DNA of 64,000 nt from Cyanobacteriota bacterium (GTDB lineage Bacteria; Cyanobacteriota; Cyanobacteriia; Cyanobacteriales; Nostocaceae), in NCBI GenBank assembly GCA_046045965.1, contig JBJOKS010000007.1, positions 96,001-160,000 on the forward strand, written 5' to 3'. A program made the translations under genes and the position numbers. The notes under the pieces are model-generated. The model saw only the letters and a program-made list of their open reading frames with translations. It did no database searches and had not been told where the DNA came from. How positions within the stretch are numbered: position 1 is the stretch's first letter; each line of letters opens with the position of its first letter. Positions 1 through 10,203 of the stretch are shown in pieces.

Positions 1-229
1 TAAGTTAAGATGGCAATTTTAGCTGTGATCGGTGGAGATATTACCCAAAATTAGTTTTTCTATCTATTATATAAATTCTCAAATCTGCGAAATTATCCAT
101 ATTAGTCATCATGCAAAATCCATAATTAACACTGAATTGTAACTACATCTTAAGGTTGATAAAATTGACATTTTGTTTATTTCTAGAGAGCGATAAATAA
201 CCGATAAATAATAGTTAAATTAAGAGCAG

Positions 230-431
230 ATGTTAAGGATAAATCCTGCATCAAAAGAGAGTTGTGTACTTGTTTTCAGTGGTTGGATTAAGAGCGTGTG
301 AGATGTGAGGAGGAAGCTGAAAAAGCCGCGCACATTTGCCATAATTTAGTGCGGCTAATATCCGGGGTATCAAAAGTCTGAACTTGCATCTGCACTTGCA
401 AATGTCTAGTGGGAGCCAAAGCAAAAAGTAA
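230..431 (+). pseudogene. Possible degraded BON-domain small protein
   Basis: Three frame-shifted pieces (MLRINPASKESCVLVFSGWIKS / EEEAEKAA / ANIRGIKSLNLHLHLQMSSGSQSKK*) together resemble the BON pattern. A hairpin follows. Confidence 0.3.
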
Positions 432-468
432 ACCTTGGATCGAAAATTTCAATCCAAGGTTTATTTTT
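430..468 (+). terminator. Rho-independent terminator-like hairpin
   Basis: aaaccttggat ... atccaaggttt followed by a T-rich tract. Confidence 0.55.
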
Positions 469-528
469 AATAATTGGTAATTGGTGATGGAGTATGAGGT
501 TTTAAATCTTCGCATTTAGGAGTTAATT

Positions 529-1386
529 ATGCCACAAAAAACGAAATTACAACCGCCACAAACACAGGAAGCACCTGGTTTAGAATCAGAAATGAAACCA
601 AAACCCAAAGCCGATGATGAACAATATCGGGGTAGTGGTAAATTAAAAGATAAAACTGCCTTAATTACCGGTGGAGATAGTGGTATTGGTCGTGCTGTAG
701 CGATCGCATTTGCTAAAGAAGGTGCAGATGTAGCGATAGTTTACCTGCAAGAACATCAAGATGCTAACGAAACCAAAAATTTAGTCGCACAACATGGACG
801 CAAAGCAGTATCTATTGTTGGTGATATTACTGATGAAAAGTTTTGTCAGCAAGCTGTAGAAAGAACAGTAGATGAGTTTGGTAAACTCGATATTCTCGTC
901 AATAATGCTGCTGAACAACACCCGAAAAGTAACATTGAAGAAATTAGTCAAGAGCAATTAGAACGCACTTTTAGGACTAATATTTTCTCAATGTTTTACC
1001 TCACTAAAGCCGCGATGAAGTATTTGCATCAAGGAAGTGCGATCATCAATACAACATCGGTAACAGCTTATAAAGGTAATTCCCAACTATTAGATTATTC
1101 CTCGACTAAAGGTGCTATCGTTGCCTTTACTCGTTCCCTTTCACAAAATTTAGTTTCTAAGGGAATTCGTGTCAATGCTGTAGCACCTGGTCCAATTTGG
1201 ACACCTTTAATTCCTTCAACTTTTCCAGAAGAAAAAGTAGAAAGTTTTGGCGCACAAGTACCAATGGGAAGAGCGGGACAACCGGAAGAAGTAGCACCAA
1301 GTTTTGTGTTTTTAGCTGCTGATGACTCTTCCTATATGTCTGGTCAAGTTTTACATCCTAATGGTGGAGAAATAGTGAATGGGTAA
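529..1386 (+). CDS. SDR family oxidoreductase (YghA/YhdF/general stress protein 39-like)
   Basis: TGGDSGIG Rossmann motif, NNAA, YSSTK catalytic motif, NAVAPGPIWT. Confidence 0.93.
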   Translation: MPQKTKLQPPQTQEAPGLESEMKPKPKADDEQYRGSGKLKDKTALITGGDSGIGRAVAIAFAKEGADVAIVYLQEHQDANETKNLVAQHGRKAVSIVGDITDEKFCQQAVERTVDEFGKLDILVNNAAEQHPKSNIEEISQEQLERTFRTNIFSMFYLTKAAMKYLHQGSAIINTTSVTAYKGNSQLLDYSSTKGAIVAFTRSLSQNLVSKGIRVNAVAPGPIWTPLIPSTFPEEKVESFGAQVPMGRAGQPEEVAPSFVFLAADDSSYMSGQVLHPNGGEIVNG

Positions 1387-1440
1387 GATATAGAAGTCTG
1401 AATATTTGTCAAGTAAAATTAGACAGGAATTATCCCAATT

Positions 1441-1465
1441 TGTGGGATGGGCATCCTGCCCGTCC
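1441..1465 (+). repeat. REP-like palindrome (GTGG/GTAG-tailed GGGCATCYTGCCC family)
   Basis: tgtgggatgggcatcctgcccgtcc; related copies at 28386, 37483 and 59290. Confidence 0.7.
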
Positions 1466-1565
1466 TTTATTTTTTATATTATTTCCTCCATTAGAGGGAT
1501 GATTTAAATTGCAAGGACTGATAATCTATCTACGGAACAAAGTATAATCAAAAATAACTATATCT

Positions 1566-1823
1566 ATGGTATCACCAACACAATTACATGGTACAGAATT
1601 AGTAGATTGTGCTAGAGCAAATGCTAAACAAGGAATTACAATTGCTGCTTATCAATGTGGCTATGGTGATGATGTGAAAACATTTGCTGAAGAATTACGC
1701 TTAGCTTGTGAACTGATGAATCTAAAAGTTAAAGAACTTAGCGAACTGATTACCGACCAGGATATGATCTTAACAATGGGTACTGGGGAAATTATCGCTC
1801 CTGAGACGGCATCAGAACTTTAA
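1566..1823 (+). CDS. Small hypothetical protein (85 aa)
   Basis: Clean ORF with an ATG start and protein-like composition. Confidence 0.75.
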   Translation: MVSPTQLHGTELVDCARANAKQGITIAAYQCGYGDDVKTFAEELRLACELMNLKVKELSELITDQDMILTMGTGEIIAPETASEL

Positions 1824-1828
1824 AAAGA

Positions 1829-1877
<49 letters not shown>

Positions 1878-1929
1878 ATAATTTGAAGATCAGGAATTAA
1901 AATAGATGCTCCTGATGAAATTTCTATTC

Positions 1930-2057
1930 ATATCAAGTCCGGCCAATTACTTACGATATAACTCGTTGATTAGTAATTGTCTTTTCCCAATTACCAATTA
2001 CCAATTACCAATTACCAGCCTCAACAGATATGATAAGTATTCCACCGGACATAATAT
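1930..2057. mobile_element. MITE-like element with imperfect TIRs and an internal (CCAATTA)n STRR
   Basis: Left end atatcaagtccggccaattactta; right end taagtattccaccggacataatat is an imperfect inverse complement. Confidence 0.55.
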
Positions 2058-2105
2058 CATTAATTATTACCAATCTTGAAAATTTAGAACAAGATCAATT
2101 CAGAA

Positions 2106-2288
2106 GGAACAGGGAACGGGCAACTCTTAACAGAAAAAACTCATGTTTCAAAACATGAGATTGAAATAATGACACTGTTTTTTTCGTGCTACGCATCTTG
2201 TAAAAACATCTTTTTTTGACTGAGATTTAAACTCAGAACTAAAGTTTCTTATCTGTTCCCTGTTCCCTGTTCCCTGTTCCCTGTTCCC
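2106..2288. repeat. Dispersed repeat/MITE-like element bounded by inverted GGGAACA/TGTTCCC heptamers
   Basis: ggaacagggaacggg at left, (tgttccc)x5 at right, internal hairpins ctcatgttt..aaacatgag and ctgag..ctcag. Confidence 0.5.
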
Positions 2289-2298
2289 TTTTTTGTAA

Positions 2299-3846
2299 TT
2301 AGGAGAATTTTGTTAAAAATTTCAAAAGTTGCTTAGTTCTTGATGTGAGTAGTGTGCGTCGATAAGCATCCGCCGCTTTTTTAATTGCTTCTGCTTGAGT
2401 TGGGTAAGGATGAATTACACTGCTTAATTTACTCAAACCAATTTTATTCACAATGGCAGTTGTAATTTCTGAAATCATCTCCCCTGCATGACTAGCAACA
2501 ATGGTTGCACCGAGAATTTCATCAGATCCTTTTTTGTGGTGAATCTTCAAAAATCCTGATTCTTCACTATCAGCGATCGCTCGATCTACATTATTAAAAC
2601 CAATTTTGATGGTACTTATTTCCATACCCATCTTTTCCGCTTCCTCTGCATACATTCCCACATGAGCAATTTCTGGATCAGTATATGTCACCCAAGGCAT
2701 TACTAACTTACTCAGTTGAGAACGCCCCAAACCAAAAGGCGAAAATAACGTATTTTTAATTACTATTCGCGCTGCTGCATCAGCCGCATGGGTAAACTTC
2801 CAATTCATGCAGATATCACCAGCTGCATAAATATTAGGGTTGGTAGTTTGGAGATAATCATTTACCTTCACACCATGCTTTTGATCATACTCTACACCCA
2901 CCGCTTCTAAATTCAAACCTTGCACATTTGGCGCTCGTCCCGCACCTACTAAAATTTCATTGACAGTCACTGAATCTCGATTACCATTTGATGAAAAATA
3001 AAGTCGTTTTCCTTCAGTTACTGTCACCACTTCTTCTAACTGACAATTTAGCACTAAACGAATACCTTCATCAGTTAAAACCCGTTGTAAAATTTCCGCC
3101 GCTTCCCGATCTTCTTTATTCAAAATGTGAGAACTATTATGAAATAATGTCACTTCACAACCCAAACGCTGGAAAGCTTGCGCCAATTCACAACCAATTG
3201 GACCGCCACCAATTACCGCTAATTTTTCTGGTTTTTGAATCAGTGAAAAAACAGTTTCATTCGTTAAATAACCCGCAGCTTCAATACCGCGAATTTCTGG
3301 TTTAACTGCTCTTGCACCTGTGGCAATTACCGCTTTTCTAAACTTGAGAATTTGACCGTTAACTGCTATAGTATTATTACTAGCAAATTTACCACCACCC
3401 AAAAAAACATCAACTCCGATATTTTTAAATCTTGCAGCAGAATCATGATGACTAATACCTGCTCTAATTTTACGTAACCTAGCCATAACTGTGGCAAAAT
3501 CAACATCCATAAGTTGGGAAATATTCACACCTAAATCTTTAGCTTTCCATATTTCACCAACTACACGAGCAGAGCGAATTAGAGATTTAGATGGTACACA
3601 ACCGACATTTAAACAATCTCCACCCATGAGATGTTTTTCAATTAATGCTACTTTTAAACCCAAACCTAAACCCGCAGCACCCGCAGCTACAACTAATCCT
3701 GCTGTACCCGCACCAATTACTACTAAATCATAACAATCAGCAGGTTTGGGATTCACCCAATTTTCTGGATGAACGTTAGCTACCAATCTTTGATTATATT
3801 CATCCATTGGTAGAACTGTGATTCTTTCAAATTCTAAATTAGACAT
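2299..3846 (-). CDS. Pyridine nucleotide-disulfide oxidoreductase (mercuric reductase-like, but lacks the MerA C-terminal CC)
   Basis: GAGTAG FAD motif, GGDCLNVGCVPSK redox disulfide, GGGPIGCE NAD(P) motif, HPYPT C-terminal motif. Confidence 0.9.
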   Translation of the reverse strand: MSNLEFERITVLPMDEYNQRLVANVHPENWVNPKPADCYDLVVIGAGTAGLVVAAGAAGLGLGLKVALIEKHLMGGDCLNVGCVPSKSLIRSARVVGEIWKAKDLGVNISQLMDVDFATVMARLRKIRAGISHHDSAARFKNIGVDVFLGGGKFASNNTIAVNGQILKFRKAVIATGARAVKPEIRGIEAAGYLTNETVFSLIQKPEKLAVIGGGPIGCELAQAFQRLGCEVTLFHNSSHILNKEDREAAEILQRVLTDEGIRLVLNCQLEEVVTVTEGKRLYFSSNGNRDSVTVNEILVGAGRAPNVQGLNLEAVGVEYDQKHGVKVNDYLQTTNPNIYAAGDICMNWKFTHAADAAARIVIKNTLFSPFGLGRSQLSKLVMPWVTYTDPEIAHVGMYAEEAEKMGMEISTIKIGFNNVDRAIADSEESGFLKIHHKKGSDEILGATIVASHAGEMISEITTAIVNKIGLSKLSSVIHPYPTQAEAIKKAADAYRRTLLTSRTKQLLKFLTKFS

Positions 3847-4051
3847 TAGTATTACCTCTAAATTATGAAGTATAAATTATTTTGTGATCGTCGTTTTGAG
3901 TGAATCTGGTGTTTTCTTTACAATACATATACCCTCAAGAAGATTTTGTCAGTTTTATATTTAACAGTTTCTTTATATAAAACTCTTTATTAGGAAAAAT
4001 ATTAAAATGATGATGATTACTCCTGACTCCTGACTCCTGAATTCTTACATT

Positions 4052-4840
4052 TTATGATACTTCTTCATCTAAAGCTTTCTTGGCTATCTTAGTGACATAA
4101 ATTGTCACTGCAACAGTGGCGATAAAACCAACAATTCTAATTATCCATGTTAGAGTAGGATTGGTAGGTTGATTTTCAGTTCCAATTAAGGCTAAATTAC
4201 CAGCTAGAGAACCGATATAAACATACATAATTGTACCAGGAATCATCCCCACACAACCGAGAAAATAATCTTTTAAAGAAACTGCTGTCACCCCAAAAGC
4301 ATAGTTTAATAAATTGAAGGGGAATATGGGAGAAAGTCTCGTTAACAAAACAATTTTTAATCCTTCTCTACCTACAGCTTGATCAATAGCAGCAAATTTT
4401 TTATTATCTGCTATTTTGCTATTCACCCAATTTCTTGCTAAATAACGTCCTACTAAAAATGCTGCTGTTGCACCTAAAGTTGCACCGATAAATACATACA
4501 AAGAACCCAAAGCAACCCCAAAGACAACTCCTGCACCTAAAGTTAAAATCGAACCTGGTAAAAACGCAATAGTCGCAATAATATAGATAGCAATAAAGGC
4601 TATTGCTCCCACAGTACCAAGGCTATCAATCCATTGTAAAGCATCTCTTAAAATAGCTTGGGGATTGAAAGAAGATATATTCACAGTTTCCTGTGCTAAA
4701 ACTAAATCTGTTTGCAATATCAAAACCATAGTTATTGCTAATAACGTTAATACTATTGTTCTTGAAAATTGATACATACGATTTTTACTAATGTACCGTT
4801 TGCATGGGTTTTGGATGAACCTAATTTTTGACAACATCAT
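4052..4840 (-). CDS. TVP38/TMEM64 (DedA/SNARE-associated) membrane protein
   Basis: FLPGSILTLGAG, LLTRLSPIFPFNLLNY, GMIPGT motifs. True start may be downstream. Confidence 0.9.
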   Translation of the reverse strand: MMLSKIRFIQNPCKRYISKNRMYQFSRTIVLTLLAITMVLILQTDLVLAQETVNISSFNPQAILRDALQWIDSLGTVGAIAFIAIYIIATIAFLPGSILTLGAGVVFGVALGSLYVFIGATLGATAAFLVGRYLARNWVNSKIADNKKFAAIDQAVGREGLKIVLLTRLSPIFPFNLLNYAFGVTAVSLKDYFLGCVGMIPGTIMYVYIGSLAGNLALIGTENQPTNPTLTWIIRIVGFIATVAVTIYVTKIAKKALDEEVS

Positions 4841-4842
4841 AA

Positions 4843-5601
4843 TTATTTATCTACTGTTTCCACACTTTCTTTGAGAGATTTTTGAGCAATTTTGGTAATG
4901 TACACACTAACAAGAATTGTCGCCATTAAACCTACTATTTGTAGAACAAGTTGCCAAATTTGGCTTTCTGGATTAGTTGGTTGATTAGGTGTTGACATCA
5001 TGGCTAAATTAGTGCTTAGGGAACCAATATAAACGTACATGACAGTTCCCGGAATTATGCCGAATGAACCTAAAATATAATCTTTAAGAGAAACATTTGT
5101 CACCCCAAAAGCATAATTTAATAAATTGAAAGGAAACAGGGGAGAAAGACGAGTTAATAATACAATTTTCCATCCTTCTTTGGCAACTGCTTGATCAATT
5201 GCTGTAAATTTAGGATGTTTTTCTAACTTTTGACAAATCCAATCTCGTGAACAATAACGTCCTATTAAAAATGCGAAAACTGCTCCAATAAGAGCAGCAA
5301 TTAACACATATATAGAACCCCAAAATAAACCAAATAAGCAACCACCTTTTAAGGTTAATAATGAACCAGGAATAAATAATAATGTTGCCAAATTGTAGAT
5401 GATAATAAACGCAATCGGTCCCCAAACACCGAGACTTTGTACCCAAATAATTGATATTTGCAAAAGTTGTTGAATGTTAACAAATTTGGTAGTAATTATC
5501 AGGATAACAACTAGGCAAGTTAAAAATAATAATTGGAGTTTGCTGTTTAATCGGGATTTGTGCTTTGGCATCATGGAATTAACCTGATTTTTAGCAATCA
5601 T
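4843..5601 (-). CDS. TVP38/TMEM64 (DedA) membrane protein, tandem paralog
   Basis: FIPGSLLTL, LLTRLSPLFPFNLLNY, GIIPGT motifs. Confidence 0.9.
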   Translation of the reverse strand: MIAKNQVNSMMPKHKSRLNSKLQLLFLTCLVVILIITTKFVNIQQLLQISIIWVQSLGVWGPIAFIIIYNLATLLFIPGSLLTLKGGCLFGLFWGSIYVLIAALIGAVFAFLIGRYCSRDWICQKLEKHPKFTAIDQAVAKEGWKIVLLTRLSPLFPFNLLNYAFGVTNVSLKDYILGSFGIIPGTVMYVYIGSLSTNLAMMSTPNQPTNPESQIWQLVLQIVGLMATILVSVYITKIAQKSLKESVETVDK

Positions 5602-5644
5602 TACTTATTATCTGCCGAAAGAGGGGAATTAAATGAGAAATAGC

Positions 5645-6412
5645 TTAAATTCTCCTGAATTTTTCTCCACGATACCATTTACGGATGCGTTCTGGTGAAA
5701 CACCAAATAAATAGGCAATGACTATGATTTGATTAAGTATGGTAGTCATGAAAATTCCCTTTTTTAACCATCTGCGGGGTGATGTAATTACAGGAACTCC
5801 AATAATAGCGATTTTACTTACACGTTTTAACCTGCTAATCAGTTCAAAGTCTTCCATAATAGGCATTTGGGAAAAATTGCCAATTTCCGTAAATGCTTTA
5901 TGGGTTAAAAAAATAGCTTGGTCGCCATAGGGCATTTGCCAAAGGTGCGATCGCAATTTTACTCCCCACTCTACCAAACGCAAACCCCAATGAGGTGAAT
6001 CTATCTTTAAAGCAAAAGCACCTGCTATAGTTCGTGGTTGTTGTAATGCTGTACGAATCATCTCATCAAAACCAATAGGTAAGCGGGTATCCGCATGAAG
6101 AAACAATAAAATTTCACCACTAGCCATTGCTGCACCTGTATTCATTTGTATAGCACGACTGGGAGCAGAAGAGATCACCGTTACACCTAAAGATTGAGCA
6201 ATAGCAGGTGTACCATCATTTGAACCACCATCAACAACTATTACTTCTACATTTGTACCTGATTGCGTGCTGGTAATTGCAGCTTTAATATTATTTGCTT
6301 CATTGAGAGTGGGAATAATAATAGAAATGCGGGCAGTGTTAATATCTTGATGCACCATAATCGAAAAATGAAAACTTAAAAATTTTTGGAAAACATTAAT
6401 TTTAACAGTCAT
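5645..6412 (-). CDS. GT2 glycosyltransferase, TIGR04283-like (rSAM/arsenosugar-associated transferase 2)
   Basis: SIIIPTLNE, VDGGS, RAIQMNTGA, FLHAD, PYGDQ, MEDFEL, TSPRRW. Likely start ATG at 6358. Confidence 0.85.
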   Translation of the reverse strand: MTVKINVFQKFLSFHFSIMVHQDINTARISIIIPTLNEANNIKAAITSTQSGTNVEVIVVDGGSNDGTPAIAQSLGVTVISSAPSRAIQMNTGAAMASGEILLFLHADTRLPIGFDEMIRTALQQPRTIAGAFALKIDSPHWGLRLVEWGVKLRSHLWQMPYGDQAIFLTHKAFTEIGNFSQMPIMEDFELISRLKRVSKIAIIGVPVITSPRRWLKKGIFMTTILNQIIVIAYLFGVSPERIRKWYRGEKFRRI

Positions 6413-6455
6413 TCATCAGGATGATAGAAAATATATGCAGATATTTTAATGAACC

Positions 6456-7466
6456 ATGCTGCTATTCTTTCAAGTTATTGTGTGCATTGCTTTAGTCATT
6501 GCAGTGGGAACATGGCTTTCCCAAAGTGCTGATATTTTGGCAGAAAAAACCGGACTGGGGCGGACTTGGGTAGGTACAATTTTATTAGCCGGTGTCACCT
6601 CTTTGCCAGAGTTAGCCACAGGCACAAGTGCCATAGTCATGTTTAACTCTCCAGACCTAGCTGTGGGAGGCATCTTGGGCAGTTGTCTCTTCAATTTGCT
6701 AATTTTAGCATTACTCGATATTTACAACGGTCCTGACCCCTTATTGAAGGGAGCGCAAATTAGTCACGGACTAGCAGCAAGTTTAGGTTGTGGAATGCTG
6801 GGTGTTGCTGCTGCGGGAATGCTGTTAGCAAAAACAGGTACTAATTTAACCGTGGGATGGGTGGGTATTCCCAGCATTATTCTACTGTTACTCTACTTTG
6901 TTAGCGCCCGGACGATTGCCCAGTTTGAAACCAGAAGACGTGCAGAAGTATTAGAAGAAGAAATAGAGGCTTTTCAATATCAACACATTACAACTGTGCA
7001 AGCATATCGCAGATTTATTATCCTTTCAGTGATGATTGTGATTTTGGGTGTGTGGTTGGCGTTTTTAGGCGATCGCGTTGCAGCAGTTACAGGATTAGGA
7101 CAAAGCTTTGTGGGTGCTTTACTTTTAGCCACAGCCACATCATTACCGGAAGTAGTAGCATCCCTAGCAGCAGTTAAACTTAATGCCGTAGATTTAGCAG
7201 TATCTAACGTTTTTGGTTCCAATATCACCAATTTAGCAATTTTGGGCTTTTTTGATTTCGTATATTTACAGGGTAGCCTGTGGTCAAACATCAGTCAAAT
7301 ACATATTTTCACTACTGTTATAGCCATGATTATGACTTCCGTCGCCATCACAGGATTGATTTATCATGCTGTTAGTCGTTCCCGTATGTATCTCACTTGG
7401 GATGGATTAGCTCTGATTATCCTTTATATTGGCGGTATGTACGTTATTTACCGCAATCTATTTTGA
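6456..7466 (+). CDS. Sodium/calcium (CaCA family) cation antiporter
   Basis: Two alpha repeats (TSLPEL..GS and TSLPEV..GSN) and about 10 TM segments. Confidence 0.88.
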   Translation: MLLFFQVIVCIALVIAVGTWLSQSADILAEKTGLGRTWVGTILLAGVTSLPELATGTSAIVMFNSPDLAVGGILGSCLFNLLILALLDIYNGPDPLLKGAQISHGLAASLGCGMLGVAAAGMLLAKTGTNLTVGWVGIPSIILLLLYFVSARTIAQFETRRRAEVLEEEIEAFQYQHITTVQAYRRFIILSVMIVILGVWLAFLGDRVAAVTGLGQSFVGALLLATATSLPEVVASLAAVKLNAVDLAVSNVFGSNITNLAILGFFDFVYLQGSLWSNISQIHIFTTVIAMIMTSVAITGLIYHAVSRSRMYLTWDGLALIILYIGGMYVIYRNLF

Positions 7467-7540
7467 ATTTTTGCCTTGGAAGTAATGGGTTAGTGTAGCG
7501 ATATGATAAAGTTAATTTTTGAAAGTAGAAACTGATTTAG

Positions 7541-7570
7541 GTAGAGGGAAATCTTATCTCTCCCCCTACA
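7541..7570. terminator. Hairpin between convergent genes
   Basis: gtagaggga ... tccccctac imperfect stem. Confidence 0.4.
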
Positions 7571-7618
7571 AATGCTTTGCGTCAGCATCAGCTTTTGAAG
7601 TTTGGGTAAAACTTTAGA

Positions 7619-8401
7619 TTAAACAATTGCACTTGCATGCTTGGTATTATTGCTATTCTTGCGTTTTTTGGTGACTCCAAAGGCTGCAAGACCAGTCAGT
7701 AATAGTGCGCCTGTTGTGGTGGGTTCAGGTACGCTTGTAACAGGTGGTTGTGGTGGTACGGTGCTTAGTGGATTATTTACAAAGGCTTCAGAACCACCAC
7801 CGGCAAAACCTTGGACGTGAAAACCAACGCGCAAATCGCCACTGCTTAAATCATCAAAAACATTCTGTAAAGTTTTTCCTGGAGCTAAGTTAAAGAGAAC
7901 GCTAACCCATTCCCCTGGATTGACACCGTTTGGTTGTACTGGGTTATTAGGCTTCACACCAAATTCTTCTGTAAAGTTAACATTGGGATCATTTCCGCTT
8001 GGCAGGTTTAGATTTCCTGTAGCAACTGAAAAGCTTACCCCTGCACCACTGTCAATAATTGGGGTAACAATACTTGATAAACTATCCAACAAATCCTCAA
8101 AGTAAATTTGTGTGATTGAGGATGCTGCTGGACCTACATTACTAAACCTAAATAAGGCTTGGTTAGATGTGAGGGTTTCGCCACCAGTAGCATCTGTGAC
8201 ATCTAAGAACAACTGAGTTTCTCCCACCAAGGCGTCGGCCGCGTTATTACCACTGATATTATCAAATGTTAACTGCACAGCTTTAGCTGGTGCAGCAATT
8301 AAAGCAGAACCGATAGAAACAGCAGTCAATAGGATAGAAGAAGCAATAATGTTTTTCATTGTTTGGGTGTTATTACTCTGTATATAATTACCATAAACCA
8401 A
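7619..8401 (-). CDS. PEP-CTERM sorting domain protein
   Basis: N-terminal signal peptide (AAPAKA); C-terminal VPEPTTTGALLLTGLAAFG + KKRK. Confidence 0.9.
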   Translation of the reverse strand: MVYGNYIQSNNTQTMKNIIASSILLTAVSIGSALIAAPAKAVQLTFDNISGNNAADALVGETQLFLDVTDATGGETLTSNQALFRFSNVGPAASSITQIYFEDLLDSLSSIVTPIIDSGAGVSFSVATGNLNLPSGNDPNVNFTEEFGVKPNNPVQPNGVNPGEWVSVLFNLAPGKTLQNVFDDLSSGDLRVGFHVQGFAGGGSEAFVNNPLSTVPPQPPVTSVPEPTTTGALLLTGLAAFGVTKKRKNSNNTKHASAIV

Positions 8402-8542
8402 AGTTAGTGAGATTTCTTTTAAGATTTAGTGAAGTAACGAATTTAATCATGAAATTTCCGTGTTTTTATCGGTAGGGATTTTGTCGCTTGGTAATTTTTG
8501 CACGGTTGTCAATGTTACTAATGGCCTTTAGACTAAACAGAA

Positions 8543-8752
8543 GTGCGTTTTTTTCTGTTAGCAGTGCCAGATAAATTTTACTTGTGGAAAGAGATAGGGT
8601 TATCCACTGAAGAAATAGAACCAGATTATGAAATTAATCCAGAACCTTTCCTCAAACCTTATCACCGCAAAGCTTATGAACCAGATGATGATATTAGCAA
8701 CCCAGCTTCAGGAGCAGCAGGAGAGTTGTCAACAATTATTGGCATTGTCTAA
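8543..8752 (+). pseudogene. Fragment of a conserved cyanobacterial hypothetical protein
   Basis: [30 protein letters not shown] looks like the middle part of a longer family, recalled from memory. No proper N-terminus. Confidence 0.4.
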
Positions 8753-8792
8753 TTACAGTAAGCTATTTGAGTGCGTTTCTTCAAAATCTAAG

Positions 8793-10028
8793 ATGGCTAC
8801 TGTTAACGACAACTACCTCAAACTAAAAGCTGGTTATTTATTCCCGGAAATTGCTAGACGGGTAAATGCTTTCGCGCAAGCTAACCCCGATGCGAAAATC
8901 ATCCGTTTGGGTATTGGGGATGTCACCGAACCCTTGCCAGAAGCTTGCCGGACTGCCATGATTAAGGCAGTAGAAGAAATGGGCGATCGCTCAACTTTCA
9001 AAGGATATGGACCAGAACAGGGTTATGCTTGGTTACGGGAAAAAATCGCTGCTCAAGATTTCCAAGCTAGAGGCGCGAATATAGAAGCTGATGAAATCTT
9101 TATCTCTGATGGTTCTAAATGCGATACAGGCAACATTTTAGAGATTTTTGGCAAAAATAACGTTATCGCTGTTACTGACCCTGTATATCCCGTTTACGTT
9201 GATACCAACGTCATGGCGGGTAATACCGGAGAAGCTAACGAAAAAGGCGAATATGGCGGTTTAGTTTATCTCCCTGTGACTGCGGAAAACAACTTTACCG
9301 CAGAAATACCCAAAGAGAAAGTAGATTTAATTTATCTCTGCTTTCCCAACAACCCCACCGGTGCAACTGCAACCAAGGAACATTTACAAGCCTGGGTAAA
9401 TTACGCAAAAGCTAATAATTCAATTATTTTCTTTGATGCTGCTTACGAAGCGTACATTACCGATCCTACCCTTCCCCATTCTATCTATGAAATTGAAGGC
9501 GCTAGAGATTGTGCCATTGAATTTCGCTCTTTCTCCAAAAACGCAGGTTTCACCGGAACTCGTTGCGCTTTAACCGTCGTTCCCAAAAACCTGACTGCAA
9601 AAGCCGCAGATGGTTCTGATGTAGAATTGTGGAAATTATGGAATCGTCGTCAGTCTACCAAATTTAACGGTGTTTCCTACATTGTACAGCGTGGTGCGGA
9701 AGCGGTTTATTCTGAGGAAGGACAAGCACAAACCAAAGCTTTGGTAAGTTTCTATTTAGAAAACGCGAAAATTATCCGTGAACAACTCACCAACGCAGGT
9801 TTATCGGTTTATGGTGGAGTCAATGCACCTTACGTATGGGTGAAAACACCTAATGGTTTATCGAGTTGGGAATTTTTCGATAAATTATTACAAACCGTCA
9901 ACGTTGTAGGAACACCAGGATCAGGTTTTGGTGCTGCGGGTGAAGGTTATTTCCGCATTTCTGCGTTTAACAGTAGGGAAAATGTCGAAGAAGCAATGAA
10001 ACGCATTACCGAGAAGTTTAAGGTTTAG
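8793..10028 (+). CDS. dapL: LL-diaminopimelate aminotransferase
   Basis: [20 protein letters not shown] start, [29 protein letters not shown]-lysine motif. The ORF-track extension to 8628 is probably artefactual. Confidence 0.96.
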   Translation: MATVNDNYLKLKAGYLFPEIARRVNAFAQANPDAKIIRLGIGDVTEPLPEACRTAMIKAVEEMGDRSTFKGYGPEQGYAWLREKIAAQDFQARGANIEADEIFISDGSKCDTGNILEIFGKNNVIAVTDPVYPVYVDTNVMAGNTGEANEKGEYGGLVYLPVTAENNFTAEIPKEKVDLIYLCFPNNPTGATATKEHLQAWVNYAKANNSIIFFDAAYEAYITDPTLPHSIYEIEGARDCAIEFRSFSKNAGFTGTRCALTVVPKNLTAKAADGSDVELWKLWNRRQSTKFNGVSYIVQRGAEAVYSEEGQAQTKALVSFYLENAKIIREQLTNAGLSVYGGVNAPYVWVKTPNGLSSWEFFDKLLQTVNVVGTPGSGFGAAGEGYFRISAFNSRENVEEAMKRITEKFKV

Positions 10029-10034
10029 TATGTT

Positions 10035-10057
10035 GTGGTGGGCAATGCCCACCCTAC
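10035..10057 (-). repeat. REP-like palindrome (GTAG-tailed) after dapL
   Basis: Reverse complement gtagggtgggcattgcccaccac. Confidence 0.7.
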
Positions 10058-10203
10058 TTTTGTTAGACTTGATCTATCAAAAAAAATAGTAGATGAAAAG
10101 ATAGCGCATTATAGATAAAATTAGGATAGTTTTATTTTGACTCAAATACTCTGTGAGTATTGTTACAAAAAATATGACTCAATCAATTTAGAGGTGAATT
10201 TAT

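Noticed and set aside
2299..3846. True merA mercury resistance gene
   Set aside because: No C-terminal Cys-Cys, no NmerA domain and no other mer genes.
8628..8792. 55-aa N-terminal extension of DapL in the ORF track
   Set aside because: DapL-like sequence begins at MATVNDNY (8793); the extension overlaps a gene remnant.
10152..10167. TGT-N10-ACA NtcA/CRP-like site upstream of the ATPase
   Set aside because: Imperfect (GTG instead of GTA) and no correctly spaced -10 box.
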